From a virus (taxonomy: Duplodnaviria > Caudoviricetes): a stretch of 64,000 nucleotides of DNA. Position 1 is the first letter of the stretch, and each line of letters begins with the position of its first letter. The notes below the pieces were generated by a model, which saw nothing but the letters and a program-made list of their open reading frames with translations, was not told where the DNA came from and did no database searches. The stretch spans positions 1-64,000 of the IMG/VR virus record IMGVR_UViG_3300028832_002790. One strand, given 5' to 3'. Shown one piece after another: positions 38,001 to 46,285 of the stretch. Made by a program: the position numbers and the translations under genes.

Positions 38001-39078
38001 CGATCGAATACATCGGATCTTTGCCGATATTTTCCTCGTTGCACCCAAAATGTCCTCTTTTTATTCTTGTGGCAGCCGTTATGTTCGAAGATGTCACCTT
38101 CAACTTTAAAACGGCCTCTTTGTCGTAAATTACATAAAAATAGCTGGTAGGAACCCCGGTGACACGTTCATTGGTGCATACCGCTCCGACGACCCTTTCC
38201 GGTGTAGCCACATTAAAGTCCGGGAACGGCCCCTTTCGCATCTTTTCTGTTATTTTGCCTTGGCTGTCCTCGTATATGGCGGCAATCTTGTTCGTGCCGT
38301 CATATGACAAAAGCATATTATGGACCGCATCGTATGCTATTGCGTAAATCGGCTTGGATCCAAGGCTGACAGATCCTATCACCCTACCTGTCCAATAATC
38401 GAAGCAGTATATCGATCCCTTGTCGGTAGACGCCCATACTCTTCTCTCCTTCTTGGCGTTTTCACCAAGATCTCGGTTCATATCGACGGCAACGCGGACG
38501 AAATTGCCGGATTGTATGGTAGCTTTCCATACTTGGCCGCACTCTCCGTACCACCTGTCGTTTATCATCTGGTTCTTTTGCGACAACGCAACTATGCTGC
38601 TGCCATCGCAAAAGAACCCCATGGGCGTGGCACCACGGTTCATTCTTCTCGAATAACCGTAAATCTTATAGAGGACTCCCTGCTCGCCAGCGCAGATTCT
38701 TCTGATTACACGACGAAACTTTCTCTCGTTCCATTCAGGATCACGATTATAATTTAAATTATGAAGATTGTTGTCTTCGTTATTGTTCCAATCAAACTTG
38801 TCGACCAACTCTGTAGCCGGTTTGTCCGAATCGCTCTCCCTTTCCCAAGAATAGATCGTCCTGAACTTCTTTCGGACAGCAGGATCGGAATAATCGGCCA
38901 TCTCGTTTGGATCCAAAATGGCTCTTAAAACATATAATTTCGTGATGTCCGTGTCGGCATACAGCTCTATGTCCCAAGTCAACCGTATGCTATGGTTCTT
39001 ATAGATCTCGTCCATTGTCGAAATGGACGTGAAATTCACGCTTGAACGAATATAACTTATGTCCTCTGCCTGTGCCAT
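35014..39078 (-). CDS. Large structural protein with beta-propeller-like regions
   Basis: VWASTDKGSIYCFDYWTG...IYAIAYD; ATAAATA at 39095-39101. Confidence 0.6.
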   Translation of the reverse strand: MAQAEDISYIRSSVNFTSISTMDEIYKNHSIRLTWDIELYADTDITKLYVLRAILDPNEMADYSDPAVRKKFRTIYSWERESDSDKPATELVDKFDWNNNEDNNLHNLNYNRDPEWNERKFRRVIRRICAGEQGVLYKIYGYSRRMNRGATPMGFFCDGSSIVALSQKNQMINDRWYGECGQVWKATIQSGNFVRVAVDMNRDLGENAKKERRVWASTDKGSIYCFDYWTGRVIGSVSLGSKPIYAIAYDAVHNMLLSYDGTNKIAAIYEDSQGKITEKMRKGPFPDFNVATPERVVGAVCTNERVTGVPTSYFYVIYDKEAVLKLKVTSSNITAATRIKRGHFGCNEENIGKDPMYSIVQTPANRNNIYGIGFGINGQVWVNGHTPLTVSSVKRKSAGNPIKIRVRPGRLCRTNGTQFVNGDTSNSHAYAIMGKAVYENLVAPVSGGYWETSSVMHQRAVTGTVVGHSSNAILSENQPNHASQHYGYNLNRDQRERNKTLVDAVAMWDWCATPEHRTMDHVMWDMPGCKFVWATKARAVHHINWTIDRWNSNHRPPAAASGGDIRAEGFGYGTKITEESLKKYPWAKYIGMANGAPGGAADAPSDIIHNTHIEIIAIEDDIPEFEITRNSMLQDLNYFYGCTQNENLYDTNGQFEDMQNISSTATNNTNYRRAISASNTPSTGKNYFTTTTRWRPSRNRDSHSFGFAGYPYTLVGKYKDTVNNTPNEGEKSNADYNVSKPAPFNVVDHTSGNSDLRSIFLDGTFTCPTEPGVEKTLCEPGQYKNNLPMSIGSICCRMPSDGRMVISQNDIEYYGTPNESKRIKYEMVFADRREGKIGILPYDREADYTPSTNQHKATGHRLNYVSADSPYKTTNNMPDDQDSGNAVYVTGTASNLNGYPYHVAVDSDNNLWYTSNRYLGKFQLLDTRNKNEKYLYDPKKGNKGLYPYENNNFSFETSLVYLNKYAQNGAYYDAKPDKYPNGIKNGEGGITNSVYNEATRLLNSGSFPLTKNNLGNNAYVYSATPFNVDEDGKNVWKQKKLFGVNNRSHYYTDSRSGWNAMRHDPNGTVNKNYVVDGNMANEFNSDNFGMSCLLQKNEVEIGPDIIHPVPMTPTAKSRISEAYSMSNDLVCDVNDGSGYWDAHTSIFNDDWSASGYDDLSTTHYIYDIERNYRRLIFHRYEYNDPNLVGVSTRKHSFDDITDEEGDILFPERVIDNYKEGVWLTPNYIGMVPPYAPLNQIPISNEYHPYEYYVDLYIDYNPSVYNLGVHIGSDTYETIHVGHHTTHVFERWPTNKFCIRGIGTSEYTDTKTDYDLVGKSFWGECENDLGDQSRSAKAKKKTAKRARKTKADVNK

Positions 39079-39114
39079 ATTTGTTACTTTCTAATATTTA
39101 TGGCGGCATTTTAC

Positions 39115-39136
39115 AAAAAACCACCCTTTCGGGTGG
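39115..39136 (-). terminator. Intrinsic terminator after the clamp gene
   Basis: CCACCC-GAAA-GGGTGG plus T6 on the minus strand. Confidence 0.8.
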
Positions 39137-39143
39137 TCCTTTT

Positions 39144-39908
39144 TCATCGCAATCTTTTCGGCACGATGTACTCCATAAGTGAGTTTTTTGTCTTTATCTT
39201 GAATATCACGATTCCCGGATCTACGATCTGGACGGCACATTTTTCGAATTTGTTGGCCGCCACGAACTTGAACACCTCGTCCGTCACGATGATGCTGTCG
39301 TCCACCCCGATCGGTTCGCCCTCGAAGTTTTCGGCCAAAACCATCTCAACCCTGTCCGATGCCCCCTGCTCCTTGTCGGTGTGCAGGCACCTTACCCCGG
39401 TCTTTCCCGCAGACAGGTACATCTTGTCGTATGTCGGCATGCAGCTGGTGATGGACAGCAGCTTACGAAGGATTTCGGACTCAAGCTCGAACTCCGTCTT
39501 CGGAACGAAAGCCTTGATCCTGTTCTTGGCCACCGTCTTTTTGTCCATCGCCTCGTCGACGAGGAGGGCAAACCGGAAAGACAGCGCGGGAGATTCGTAC
39601 AGTAAGGCCGAACCGTCGTATGTGAATGTGACGGTATCGTCCGTCAGCTGATTCAGCGCGCTCAGGATCTTCCTCGTGTCTCCGATGTTCAGGCGAATCT
39701 CCCCCTCTGGAGCGCCATCCGGGTAGGAGATCTTGGTTTCCGTGAACAATGTGATCTGCGACTTGTGTGTTCCGCTCTCCATCTTGGTGATGGAATAGAC
39801 GGTTTCGTCCGTATCGAGGATCAACTCGACCTTCTCGTTCAACTTCGAAGCCGGAGAAATGACCCGACTGATGAAATCAATCCGGTTCACTGTGAATTTG
39901 ATATCCAT
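39144..39908 (-). CDS. Probable DNA polymerase sliding clamp (T4 gp45-like)
   Basis: 254 aa; IRLNIGDTRKILSALN resembles the gp45 pattern; near SSB. Confidence 0.6.
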   Translation of the reverse strand: MDIKFTVNRIDFISRVISPASKLNEKVELILDTDETVYSITKMESGTHKSQITLFTETKISYPDGAPEGEIRLNIGDTRKILSALNQLTDDTVTFTYDGSALLYESPALSFRFALLVDEAMDKKTVAKNRIKAFVPKTEFELESEILRKLLSITSCMPTYDKMYLSAGKTGVRCLHTDKEQGASDRVEMVLAENFEGEPIGVDDSIIVTDEVFKFVAANKFEKCAVQIVDPGIVIFKIKTKNSLMEYIVPKRLR

Positions 39909-39914
39909 TTCTTT

Positions 39915-40337
39915 CTATTGCTTGGGTTTTTGTGGATTTTGTGAGGTCAGCGCCAGAAGAACCTGTAGAATGCTCTGCAAAGTCGAATCAATCGATTGCA
40001 ATACTATCATCGTGTCGCCAGACGCCGTGGTTCCGCCGAGCGGGCCGCCAGCGTTCGCGGTAAATCCCGGTTCGATCTTCTCGCCGGGCTTCGGTGCCAC
40101 GATCGGATTTCCCGACAGAGATTCCCTGCCTAGGCCGCTCGTCTGGTATTTGTCGACGTTGTGCATAGCCATCAGGAACTCCCTCTTGCTGATTGGCTCC
40201 AGCGCGACCTTCTCCTCGGCGAAAGTGCCGTTCGAGTCGTTCTGATTCACGCTGGTCACATCGCCGTTCACCATCGAGAACAGCTTTGCCAATGCCTCCT
40301 GTTTGCTCTTATTAGTTATCATAGAATCTCCAAACAC
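39915..40337 (-). CDS. Hypothetical protein
   Basis: ORF in operon. Confidence 0.6.
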   Translation of the reverse strand: MFGDSMITNKSKQEALAKLFSMVNGDVTSVNQNDSNGTFAEEKVALEPISKREFLMAMHNVDKYQTSGLGRESLSGNPIVAPKPGEKIEPGFTANAGGPLGGTTASGDTMIVLQSIDSTLQSILQVLLALTSQNPQKPKQ

Positions 40338-40358
40338 ACCTATAGGTGCCGATTCTAT

Positions 40359-40730
40359 TTACTTGTTGTCGGAAGCGATTTCAAGCTCGTCGAAGATCGT
40401 GCGCTCCTTGGTGCCGTATCCCGGTGCCTTGTTGTTCACTCCGCTATCGACAAGATGCTCGATAAGAACCTCGATGGAGGAGGTCATGAACTTCTTGTTC
40501 GAATTGAAGAACTGGCCGCCGTCCCAATACTCGAAATACTTCTCTCCCAGCTCGTGCTTGTTCTCGATGCATGTGCAGAAGACGGAAGCGCAGCCCGGAT
40601 CGATGACGACCGTCCAGCGACGCGCGTCCATTTCGCCGTAGTTGGTATAAAGCTCGTCTACGACATATCCGCTGTCACGGAGGCGCTTTACGAAATACGA
40701 TAGTGTTGTTGGCTTAGAAACATTTCCCAT
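40359..40730 (-). CDS. Hypothetical protein
   Basis: AGGAG upstream; ORF in operon. Confidence 0.65.
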   Translation of the reverse strand: MGNVSKPTTLSYFVKRLRDSGYVVDELYTNYGEMDARRWTVVIDPGCASVFCTCIENKHELGEKYFEYWDGGQFFNSNKKFMTSSIEVLIEHLVDSGVNNKAPGYGTKERTIFDELEIASDNK

Positions 40731-40750
40731 TTTTATTCTCCTATTGTTGT

Positions 40751-41788
40751 TTAAAAATCGTTTGCGGAAACTCTGACCGCCAGACCGACGGCCTTGCCCA
40801 GTAGGGGAGGTACAGCGTTTCCGATCTGTACCAGCTGCTTGTTCTTCTTTCCTTCGAAGATGAAATCGTCTGGAAACGACTGAAGGCGGGCCATCTCGCG
40901 CGCCGTAAGCACCCTAGGAAGCCTCGGGTGGATGTTCACCCCTCCGTGATTCTCCTTGATGGTGCAGGACGCATCGTCCCACGGACACTTCTTCCAAGCG
41001 TCGCCGTATCCTTCGTACAGGCTCTTTCCCTCCTGCACTGCGGCCAACCGCTTCGCCATATCGGGGCTGTGCTTGGTCGGAACGTGGTTGAACGCCGGAT
41101 CGACCGGATGGTTCATCAGGTCGGAAATTGCATCACCGACGGTCTTGTAGCTCGACGGATCCAACATCGGCTTCGGGTGGAAGTTCGTGACCCCGATCCT
41201 GTTTCCGATGAAGATGACGCGCTTTCGCTTCTGCGGAACATAGTAGTCTGCGGCGCACAGGGTGACAACGGACATTTCATATCCGATGGCCTTGAAATCC
41301 TCCAGAATCTTCGTCTCGACCTTTCCGTCGAGCATACTCCTGAGTCCGGGGACGTTTTCGCAGACTACGAATTTCGGTCGCAGATTCTTGACGATCTCGA
41401 CGAGCTCCTTATAGAGAGAATTGCGAGGATCGTCAACTACTCGCTTACCGGACATACTGAACCCCTGACAAGGGAATCCCCCCGCAACGATGTCCAGTTC
41501 CCTTCCGGCCAGCTGGGCGCGAACCGTGTCGTAGAAGCGCTGCTTCGTGTCTTCCTTCTTGATGTCTCCGTCGACATACGGATGACTGAAGTTGCGGGAA
41601 TATGTCATACCCGCCTCCTTGAACCAGTCCAGCCCGCAGATCCCCTGTAGACCAGACATCTCAAGTCCTTTGCTCAAGCCACCTGCGCCGCAGAACAGGT
41701 CGACGAATGTCATCTTGGACGCGCCGGGATTGTCCCAGTGCGAGGATACATCCGCCCAGTTCGCGGCGCTTGAGGCGACTTTCGACAT
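40751..41788 (-). CDS. dcm: DNA (cytosine-5)-methyltransferase
   Basis: DLFCGAGG, GGFPCQGFS, ENVPG, QKRKR, REMARLQSFPD, QIGNAVPP. Confidence 0.95.
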   Translation of the reverse strand: MSKVASSAANWADVSSHWDNPGASKMTFVDLFCGAGGLSKGLEMSGLQGICGLDWFKEAGMTYSRNFSHPYVDGDIKKEDTKQRFYDTVRAQLAGRELDIVAGGFPCQGFSMSGKRVVDDPRNSLYKELVEIVKNLRPKFVVCENVPGLRSMLDGKVETKILEDFKAIGYEMSVVTLCAADYYVPQKRKRVIFIGNRIGVTNFHPKPMLDPSSYKTVGDAISDLMNHPVDPAFNHVPTKHSPDMAKRLAAVQEGKSLYEGYGDAWKKCPWDDASCTIKENHGGVNIHPRLPRVLTAREMARLQSFPDDFIFEGKKNKQLVQIGNAVPPLLGKAVGLAVRVSANDF

Positions 41789-41804
41789 CTTCGATCTCCT
41801 TATG

Positions 41805-42851
41805 TTAGAGGTCGCCGATTCCGTATTCCTTCATCAGCTCGTCCACCTGCGTGTCGCTCGTCGGCTTGTCCTTCGTCGGCTTCGGAGTCTCCTTCTGTGG
41901 AGCCGGAGTCTCGACGATATCTGGATCGGGCTCGGCGAACGGAAGATCATCGTCCTCCAGATCGTCCTTGATCGGCTTCGTCGGCATCGGCGGGGCCTTT
42001 CTGGCGGGAGCCGGAGCTGGCGCTGGTGCGGGAGCCGGAGCTGGTGCCGCGACGGGAGCGGCGGACTCGCCGAGAATGTCGGCGAAGGCGGGGCGGATGT
42101 GCTCGTCGAAGACGCGCTGCGCCTCCTCGTTCGTGGACTTCTTGAAGTATGTCGCCAAATTGAACGTACCGGCGTAGATCCTGTCGACGTCGGCGTCGGT
42201 GATGTTCTTCACGTCGTCGGCGCATTCCTCCGCATCGGCGAAGTAGGAATCGGTGAACTGCGGATAGCGCTGTCCGCCGACCCCACGGATGTCCTTGATG
42301 GTCATCACAAACGTGTTGCCCTCCGCGTCGAGGCGGAAGATGTTGTTTCCGAAGCGCTTCGCGTCACGACCGGAAGTCGCGCGCTTGAAGATCTCCATGA
42401 TCGGCTTGTTCATCTTGATGATCTTCACCGTTCCGTTCTGGGACGGCTCGACCGGATTGCTGACGACATAGCAGTTCATATACCACGTCTGATTCCGCAT
42501 GAACCGATCCTTCTTCAGACGATCCTGCGCGATGGCGTCGCCGGACTGCCATACCTTGTAGGTGCCGTTGCAGATCGGACAGCGGGACTCGGGACAGTCG
42601 ATGGCCATGAAGTTGCCGTCCTTCGCGGACTTGAAGTTGTGCCAGTTGCGGCACGCGGGATTCGGATCGCCGCGCTCCATGTCGAACAGGAAGCGGACGC
42701 GGATCTCGTACTCGGGATTCTTGTCAGCGAACTGCGCTCGATAGGTCACGAGCATATTGGGATCGGCCGCGCTGCTCTTCTGGCGCTCGCCGACGGTGGA
42801 ATTGAACTTGAGCTTGTTGAGAACGTCTAGGTAGTTGCTGCTGTTGCTCAT
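41805..42851 (-). CDS. Single-stranded DNA-binding protein (T4 gp32-like)
   Basis: IRVRFL, HNF...CPESRCPIC, WYMNCYVVSNP..P.QNGTVKI, acidic C-terminal tail. Confidence 0.85.
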   Translation of the reverse strand: MSNSSNYLDVLNKLKFNSTVGERQKSSAADPNMLVTYRAQFADKNPEYEIRVRFLFDMERGDPNPACRNWHNFKSAKDGNFMAIDCPESRCPICNGTYKVWQSGDAIAQDRLKKDRFMRNQTWYMNCYVVSNPVEPSQNGTVKIIKMNKPIMEIFKRATSGRDAKRFGNNIFRLDAEGNTFVMTIKDIRGVGGQRYPQFTDSYFADAEECADDVKNITDADVDRIYAGTFNLATYFKKSTNEEAQRVFDEHIRPAFADILGESAAPVAAPAPAPAPAPAPAPARKAPPMPTKPIKDDLEDDDLPFAEPDPDIVETPAPQKETPKPTKDKPTSDTQVDELMKEYGIGDL

Positions 42852-42893
42852 TTTGTTTATTTGTTTGTGTTTTGTGTGTTGTTTATGGTGCGT

Positions 42894-42922
42894 ACTATAT
42901 CACACGCCCAAGAAGCTGTCAA
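42894..42922 (-). promoter_or_regulatory. Sigma70-like promoter for SSB
   Basis: TTGACA-17-TATAGT. Confidence 0.8.
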
Positions 42923-43583
42923 CTGATTTTTTTGTCCTTTTGAGAAGCTGGACAAGAATGTCCTTCTGTTCCTTCGTCATCTTGTCCATTCCGCCCATTA
43001 CGCTTTCCCTGAATCCTCTTCCGAACAACTCCGTGTCTTCCGATTCAGTTATGCACTTCCTGACGGCGCTTTCCGTGTCGAATCCGATCAACGAAAAGGA
43101 AATAATATTGTACTTCGTTATCTTGTTGCCGAGATAATCTGTTATCCAAGGATACATCACGAATCCGGCGGCGCTATCGTCGGCTATGTACTGCGCGAGC
43201 TTGATGTGCTTCTCCTTACAGCTGTTTGCGATGTACCTGAATCCCTCAAGCGTCCTTCTCATCGTCTCCCTGTCGTCCAGTCCGGGATCCGAGGTCACCG
43301 AATCGTTGTAGATCCGAATCGCCTTCGGTTTACAGAAGTCCGACAAGGATATGAACGCCTTTCCTCCGACGAAATCGTTCTCCTTTGCGTTGTAAGACGC
43401 CATGAAATAATCCAGCTTGTTGATTCCGGGGAACGCCGAGAAAATCCGTTCGAGCTTCTCCAGCGCCGCAGCGTCGACATCCGACAGCCCGTCGAAGTCC
43501 TTCCTTGTGCGATACGGTCGCTTGTTGGCGATAGCCATAGCCTTCAGCCAAGTGTTGTATATGTTCTCACGAACGGCTTCCAT
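42900..43583 (-). CDS. Hypothetical protein adjacent to SSB (possible gp59-like helicase loader by synteny only)
   Basis: TTGAAT-17-TATTAT at 43591-43619 places the start at ATG 43583 (leaderless). Confidence 0.45.
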   Translation of the reverse strand: MEAVRENIYNTWLKAMAIANKRPYRTRKDFDGLSDVDAAALEKLERIFSAFPGINKLDYFMASYNAKENDFVGGKAFISLSDFCKPKAIRIYNDSVTSDPGLDDRETMRRTLEGFRYIANSCKEKHIKLAQYIADDSAAGFVMYPWITDYLGNKITKYNIISFSLIGFDTESAVRKCITESEDTELFGRGFRESVMGGMDKMTKEQKDILVQLLKRTKKSVDSFLGV

Positions 43584-43619
43584 GTTTCGTATAATACCAG
43601 ATTGCCGACTGGAATTCAA

Positions 43620-43937
43620 CTACATTTTTGACATGATTCTATTTTTTATTCGATTGAGGTTCTGGCAAAACGTGGTCTTGACCTTTTTGGACTTCGTTGC
43701 CGCAGGAAACGCCAAGAAAAGATATCGCACCGCGTCGAACACTAAATCGAGCTCCGTGTACTGCATATACAGCCTGAACAGGTTGATGTCGCTGGACAGA
43801 AGCACAAGAAACTGAACGTCGTTGACATTCTTCGTCGAATTCAGCAACGACACAAGTATCCTGAACTTTCCAAGGGCCTCCATATACCCGCTAGGGAGCT
43901 GGTCTTCCTCCATTATGCCATATGTATCTTCTGCCAT
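43620..43937 (-). CDS. Hypothetical protein
   Basis: ATAAATA at 43946-43952. Confidence 0.6.
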   Translation of the reverse strand: MAEDTYGIMEEDQLPSGYMEALGKFRILVSLLNSTKNVNDVQFLVLLSSDINLFRLYMQYTELDLVFDAVRYLFLAFPAATKSKKVKTTFCQNLNRIKNRIMSKM

Positions 43938-43977
43938 ATTGAATATATTTATTTTCTGGTTTTATGGATGCAACAAC

Positions 43978-44007
43978 AAAAAAAGACCCGGACGAATCCG
44001 GGTCTTT
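43978..44007 (-). terminator. Intrinsic terminator
   Basis: AAAGACCCGGA-TTCG-TCCGGGTCTTT plus T-run on the minus strand. Confidence 0.85.
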
Positions 44008-44028
44008 GGACGAATGCCTTCGCCTGTG

Positions 44029-44400
44029 TTACTTGTTTTCCTGAACGATCTTGTCGAGATCGCCGGTAACGGCGACGAGCTTGTCGACAGGGGTCTGGGG
44101 GGCTGCTGCCGCCTCGACCTCCGCGCGAGCCGCTGCCGCGACGACTTCGGTGTTGCCGCCGAGCCACTTGAGAACAAGAGCGACTGCCTCGGCTGCCTTG
44201 TTGAGATAGTCGATAACCTTGTCGAGAGCGGGAAGATAATGGAAATCAGGCTTGATCTCCGCGATCTCCTTCTTGACGAGGGTCACGACGTCAACAGCAA
44301 CGAGGATGCCCTTGTAGACATACTCGACGATGCTCACAATCTTGGAAAACTTTGAAAAGAATGCAATCAGTTTCTTCATAGTTCTTGTTTTTTTCCTCAT
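44029..44400 (-). CDS. Hypothetical amphipathic/membrane-associated protein (start may be 44379)
   Basis: MKKLIAFFSKF..., two amphipathic helices. Confidence 0.55.
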   Translation of the reverse strand: MRKKTRTMKKLIAFFSKFSKIVSIVEYVYKGILVAVDVVTLVKKEIAEIKPDFHYLPALDKVIDYLNKAAEAVALVLKWLGGNTEVVAAAARAEVEAAAAPQTPVDKLVAVTGDLDKIVQENK

Positions 44401-44403
44401 AAA

Positions 44404-44829
44404 TTATTTATCACCGGACTTACGAAAGTTCAAATATTCGATGAACTCGGGCATATTCTCCACATCGGAGTCCTGAACAACCCATCGGCATCCGTCCTCC
44501 TTGTGGTACTGGCCGTCCACGTCCTTGTACAGACCGGACGACACCATATACGGGCTTCTGTCCTCGCCGACGGCCTTCGCCGTGACCTCGCCCTTTTTAC
44601 CGAGCTTCAGGTACTGTATGAAATCATACAAATCATTGTCGGAAATAACCCATTTTTCAATGATTTCCTCGTGCCTCTGTCCATCGACGTCCATATAGAT
44701 CCCCGGAGGAATCTTGTATGGTATACCGTCCTGCACCAGCGGAACGTCGTCCCACTTGTGCCTATCACTCTGACAGCCCGATAATATCGATAAGCTGACG
44801 ATAAGTGGCATCCATAGCTTCTTCTTCAA
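44404..44829 (-). CDS. Lipoprotein with an internally duplicated domain (o-spanin candidate)
   Basis: TTG start behind GGGAG gives MKKKLWMPLIVSLSILSG-C with a lipobox. Confidence 0.6.
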   Translation of the reverse strand: MKKKLWMPLIVSLSILSGCQSDRHKWDDVPLVQDGIPYKIPPGIYMDVDGQRHEEIIEKWVISDNDLYDFIQYLKLGKKGEVTAKAVGEDRSPYMVSSGLYKDVDGQYHKEDGCRWVVQDSDVENMPEFIEYLNFRKSGDK

Positions 44830-45067
44830 TCTTTTCTCCCTTCTGCAATTTGTCAAAAAAATACTTTATGTCTTCCCAGACATCATTAACATATCTATTT
44901 AACGCCGTCGAATAGCTGGAAATACATTCCTCGTCGTCCCCGCATTTCTTTGCGACGAACGATTCGCCTACCAACAGAGCGTACCAACGCGCCATAGACT
45001 CGTCCGACATGTTCCTGACATATTCAGACAATTCCCTTGGATCCGTCTCTTTTGTTGTAGTCGCCAT
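44765..45067 (-). CDS. Hypothetical protein
   Basis: 100-aa ORF overlapping both neighbours. Confidence 0.5.
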   Translation of the reverse strand: MATTTKETDPRELSEYVRNMSDESMARWYALLVGESFVAKKCGDDEECISSYSTALNRYVNDVWEDIKYFFDKLQKGEKIEEEAMDATYRQLIDIIGLSE

Positions 45068-45242
45068 AGTACTTTATAATCCTATAAACTTCCTTGGCGT
45101 CTCCGTTTTGTATAGCCTCCTTGATGGCCTTGTCCTCGCGGATTTCGTCCATCTTGTCCTTCAGCTTCTTGGATTCCTTGTACGTCAGGTACTTGAAATA
45201 GACCCAGACCAAAAAGGAAACGACCACCTTCAAACCACTCAT
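45024..45242 (-). CDS. Small N-terminally membrane-anchored protein (i-spanin/holin candidate)
   Basis: VVVSFLVWVYF followed by a charged coiled coil. Confidence 0.5.
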   Translation of the reverse strand: MSGLKVVVSFLVWVYFKYLTYKESKKLKDKMDEIREDKAIKEAIQNGDAKEVYRIIKYYGDYNKRDGSKGIV

Positions 45243-45246
45243 CGAA

Positions 45247-45603
45247 TCAAATAACCATCTTCTTTTCGGCGTCTGTCAACTTCATATCGTCGCCCGGAAC
45301 GATCTTGCGATACTCTCCGAGAAGCGAATTGAACTTTGCCGTCTTCTCCAAGAAAAACTTGCGCTTGAACGAAAGATTCGGCGTCTGCATCTCCGTCATA
45401 GCGAAGAATTCGCCAAACACCATCGAAAGATTCGCATAAACACCGGCCAGATTCGCAATAAAAACCCCGTCTGTCGACTTCGTGAGAGCCTCCACGACGA
45501 ACGGCTTGATGTGAATCATGTACCTAAACATACCGAGAAGCTTCTCGTGATAGTTACGATCTGCCTCGTCGTATTCGCTAACATCTACGTCTGCAATATT
45601 CAT
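45247..45603 (-). CDS. Hypothetical protein
   Basis: Preceded by TTGACA-17-TAAATT at 45631-45659. Confidence 0.65.
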   Translation of the reverse strand: MNIADVDVSEYDEADRNYHEKLLGMFRYMIHIKPFVVEALTKSTDGVFIANLAGVYANLSMVFGEFFAMTEMQTPNLSFKRKFFLEKTAKFNSLLGEYRKIVPGDDMKLTDAEKKMVI

Positions 45604-45685
45604 AGTTCTGTGGTTTTACCTTCTAATATAAATTTACCAAAATCCCCCCTCCTTGTCAAGCCAAATCTTAAAAATAAATACCATT

Positions 45686-46285
45686 ATGACAAACAGCGGA
45701 GAATCTGACGAAAACGACTTCTTGGAAGACCTTTCCGGCCTTTCCGATGACCTGAAGCATCCCAACAAGACACAAACCATCGACAACATAGACATCGACA
45801 ACCTCATAGAAGACGACGAGTCGTCCGACCAGAAGCAGCTTGTCCCGGTCGAGCAGCAGACAAAGGAAGTTGCGCCTGTTGCGCCGCCGCCTCCTCCCAT
45901 CAAGCCGGAATCCTCGAAGGAGGATATCCAGAACTACGTCCTTTCCCAATGCCAAGACATCATACAGCAGGGAAAGGCGACTCTTGAACAGTTGCAGGAT
46001 ACCGTTGTAAATACGTGCGACGGAAAGGCGATAAACGGATACGCCACCCTTCTGGCCTCTCTGGGAAAGGTTCTCGACACGGCAAACGCCATCGGAATGG
46101 AGAAATCCAGAATCGAAAGCGCCATCAACATGGAGAATCTCAAGCATCAGCACAAGACCCAGATAAAATCATCCGAGGCCCCCGTGACAAAGAACACGGT
46201 CAACATCGTGGCCGGGCGCGAAGAGGTTATGAAGATGCTCGAAAATATGAAGGACGAAGCCGAGGAAATCGAAGCATCAGATTGA
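45686..46285 (+). CDS. Probable terminase small subunit (T4 gp16-like)
   Basis: YVLSQCQDIIQQGKATLEQL...YATLLASL...NTVNIVAGREEVMKML parallels the gp16-like helical pattern; ATAAATA 5 nt upstream. Confidence 0.65.
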   Translation: MTNSGESDENDFLEDLSGLSDDLKHPNKTQTIDNIDIDNLIEDDESSDQKQLVPVEQQTKEVAPVAPPPPPIKPESSKEDIQNYVLSQCQDIIQQGKATLEQLQDTVVNTCDGKAINGYATLLASLGKVLDTANAIGMEKSRIESAINMENLKHQHKTQIKSSEAPVTKNTVNIVAGREEVMKMLENMKDEAEEIEASD

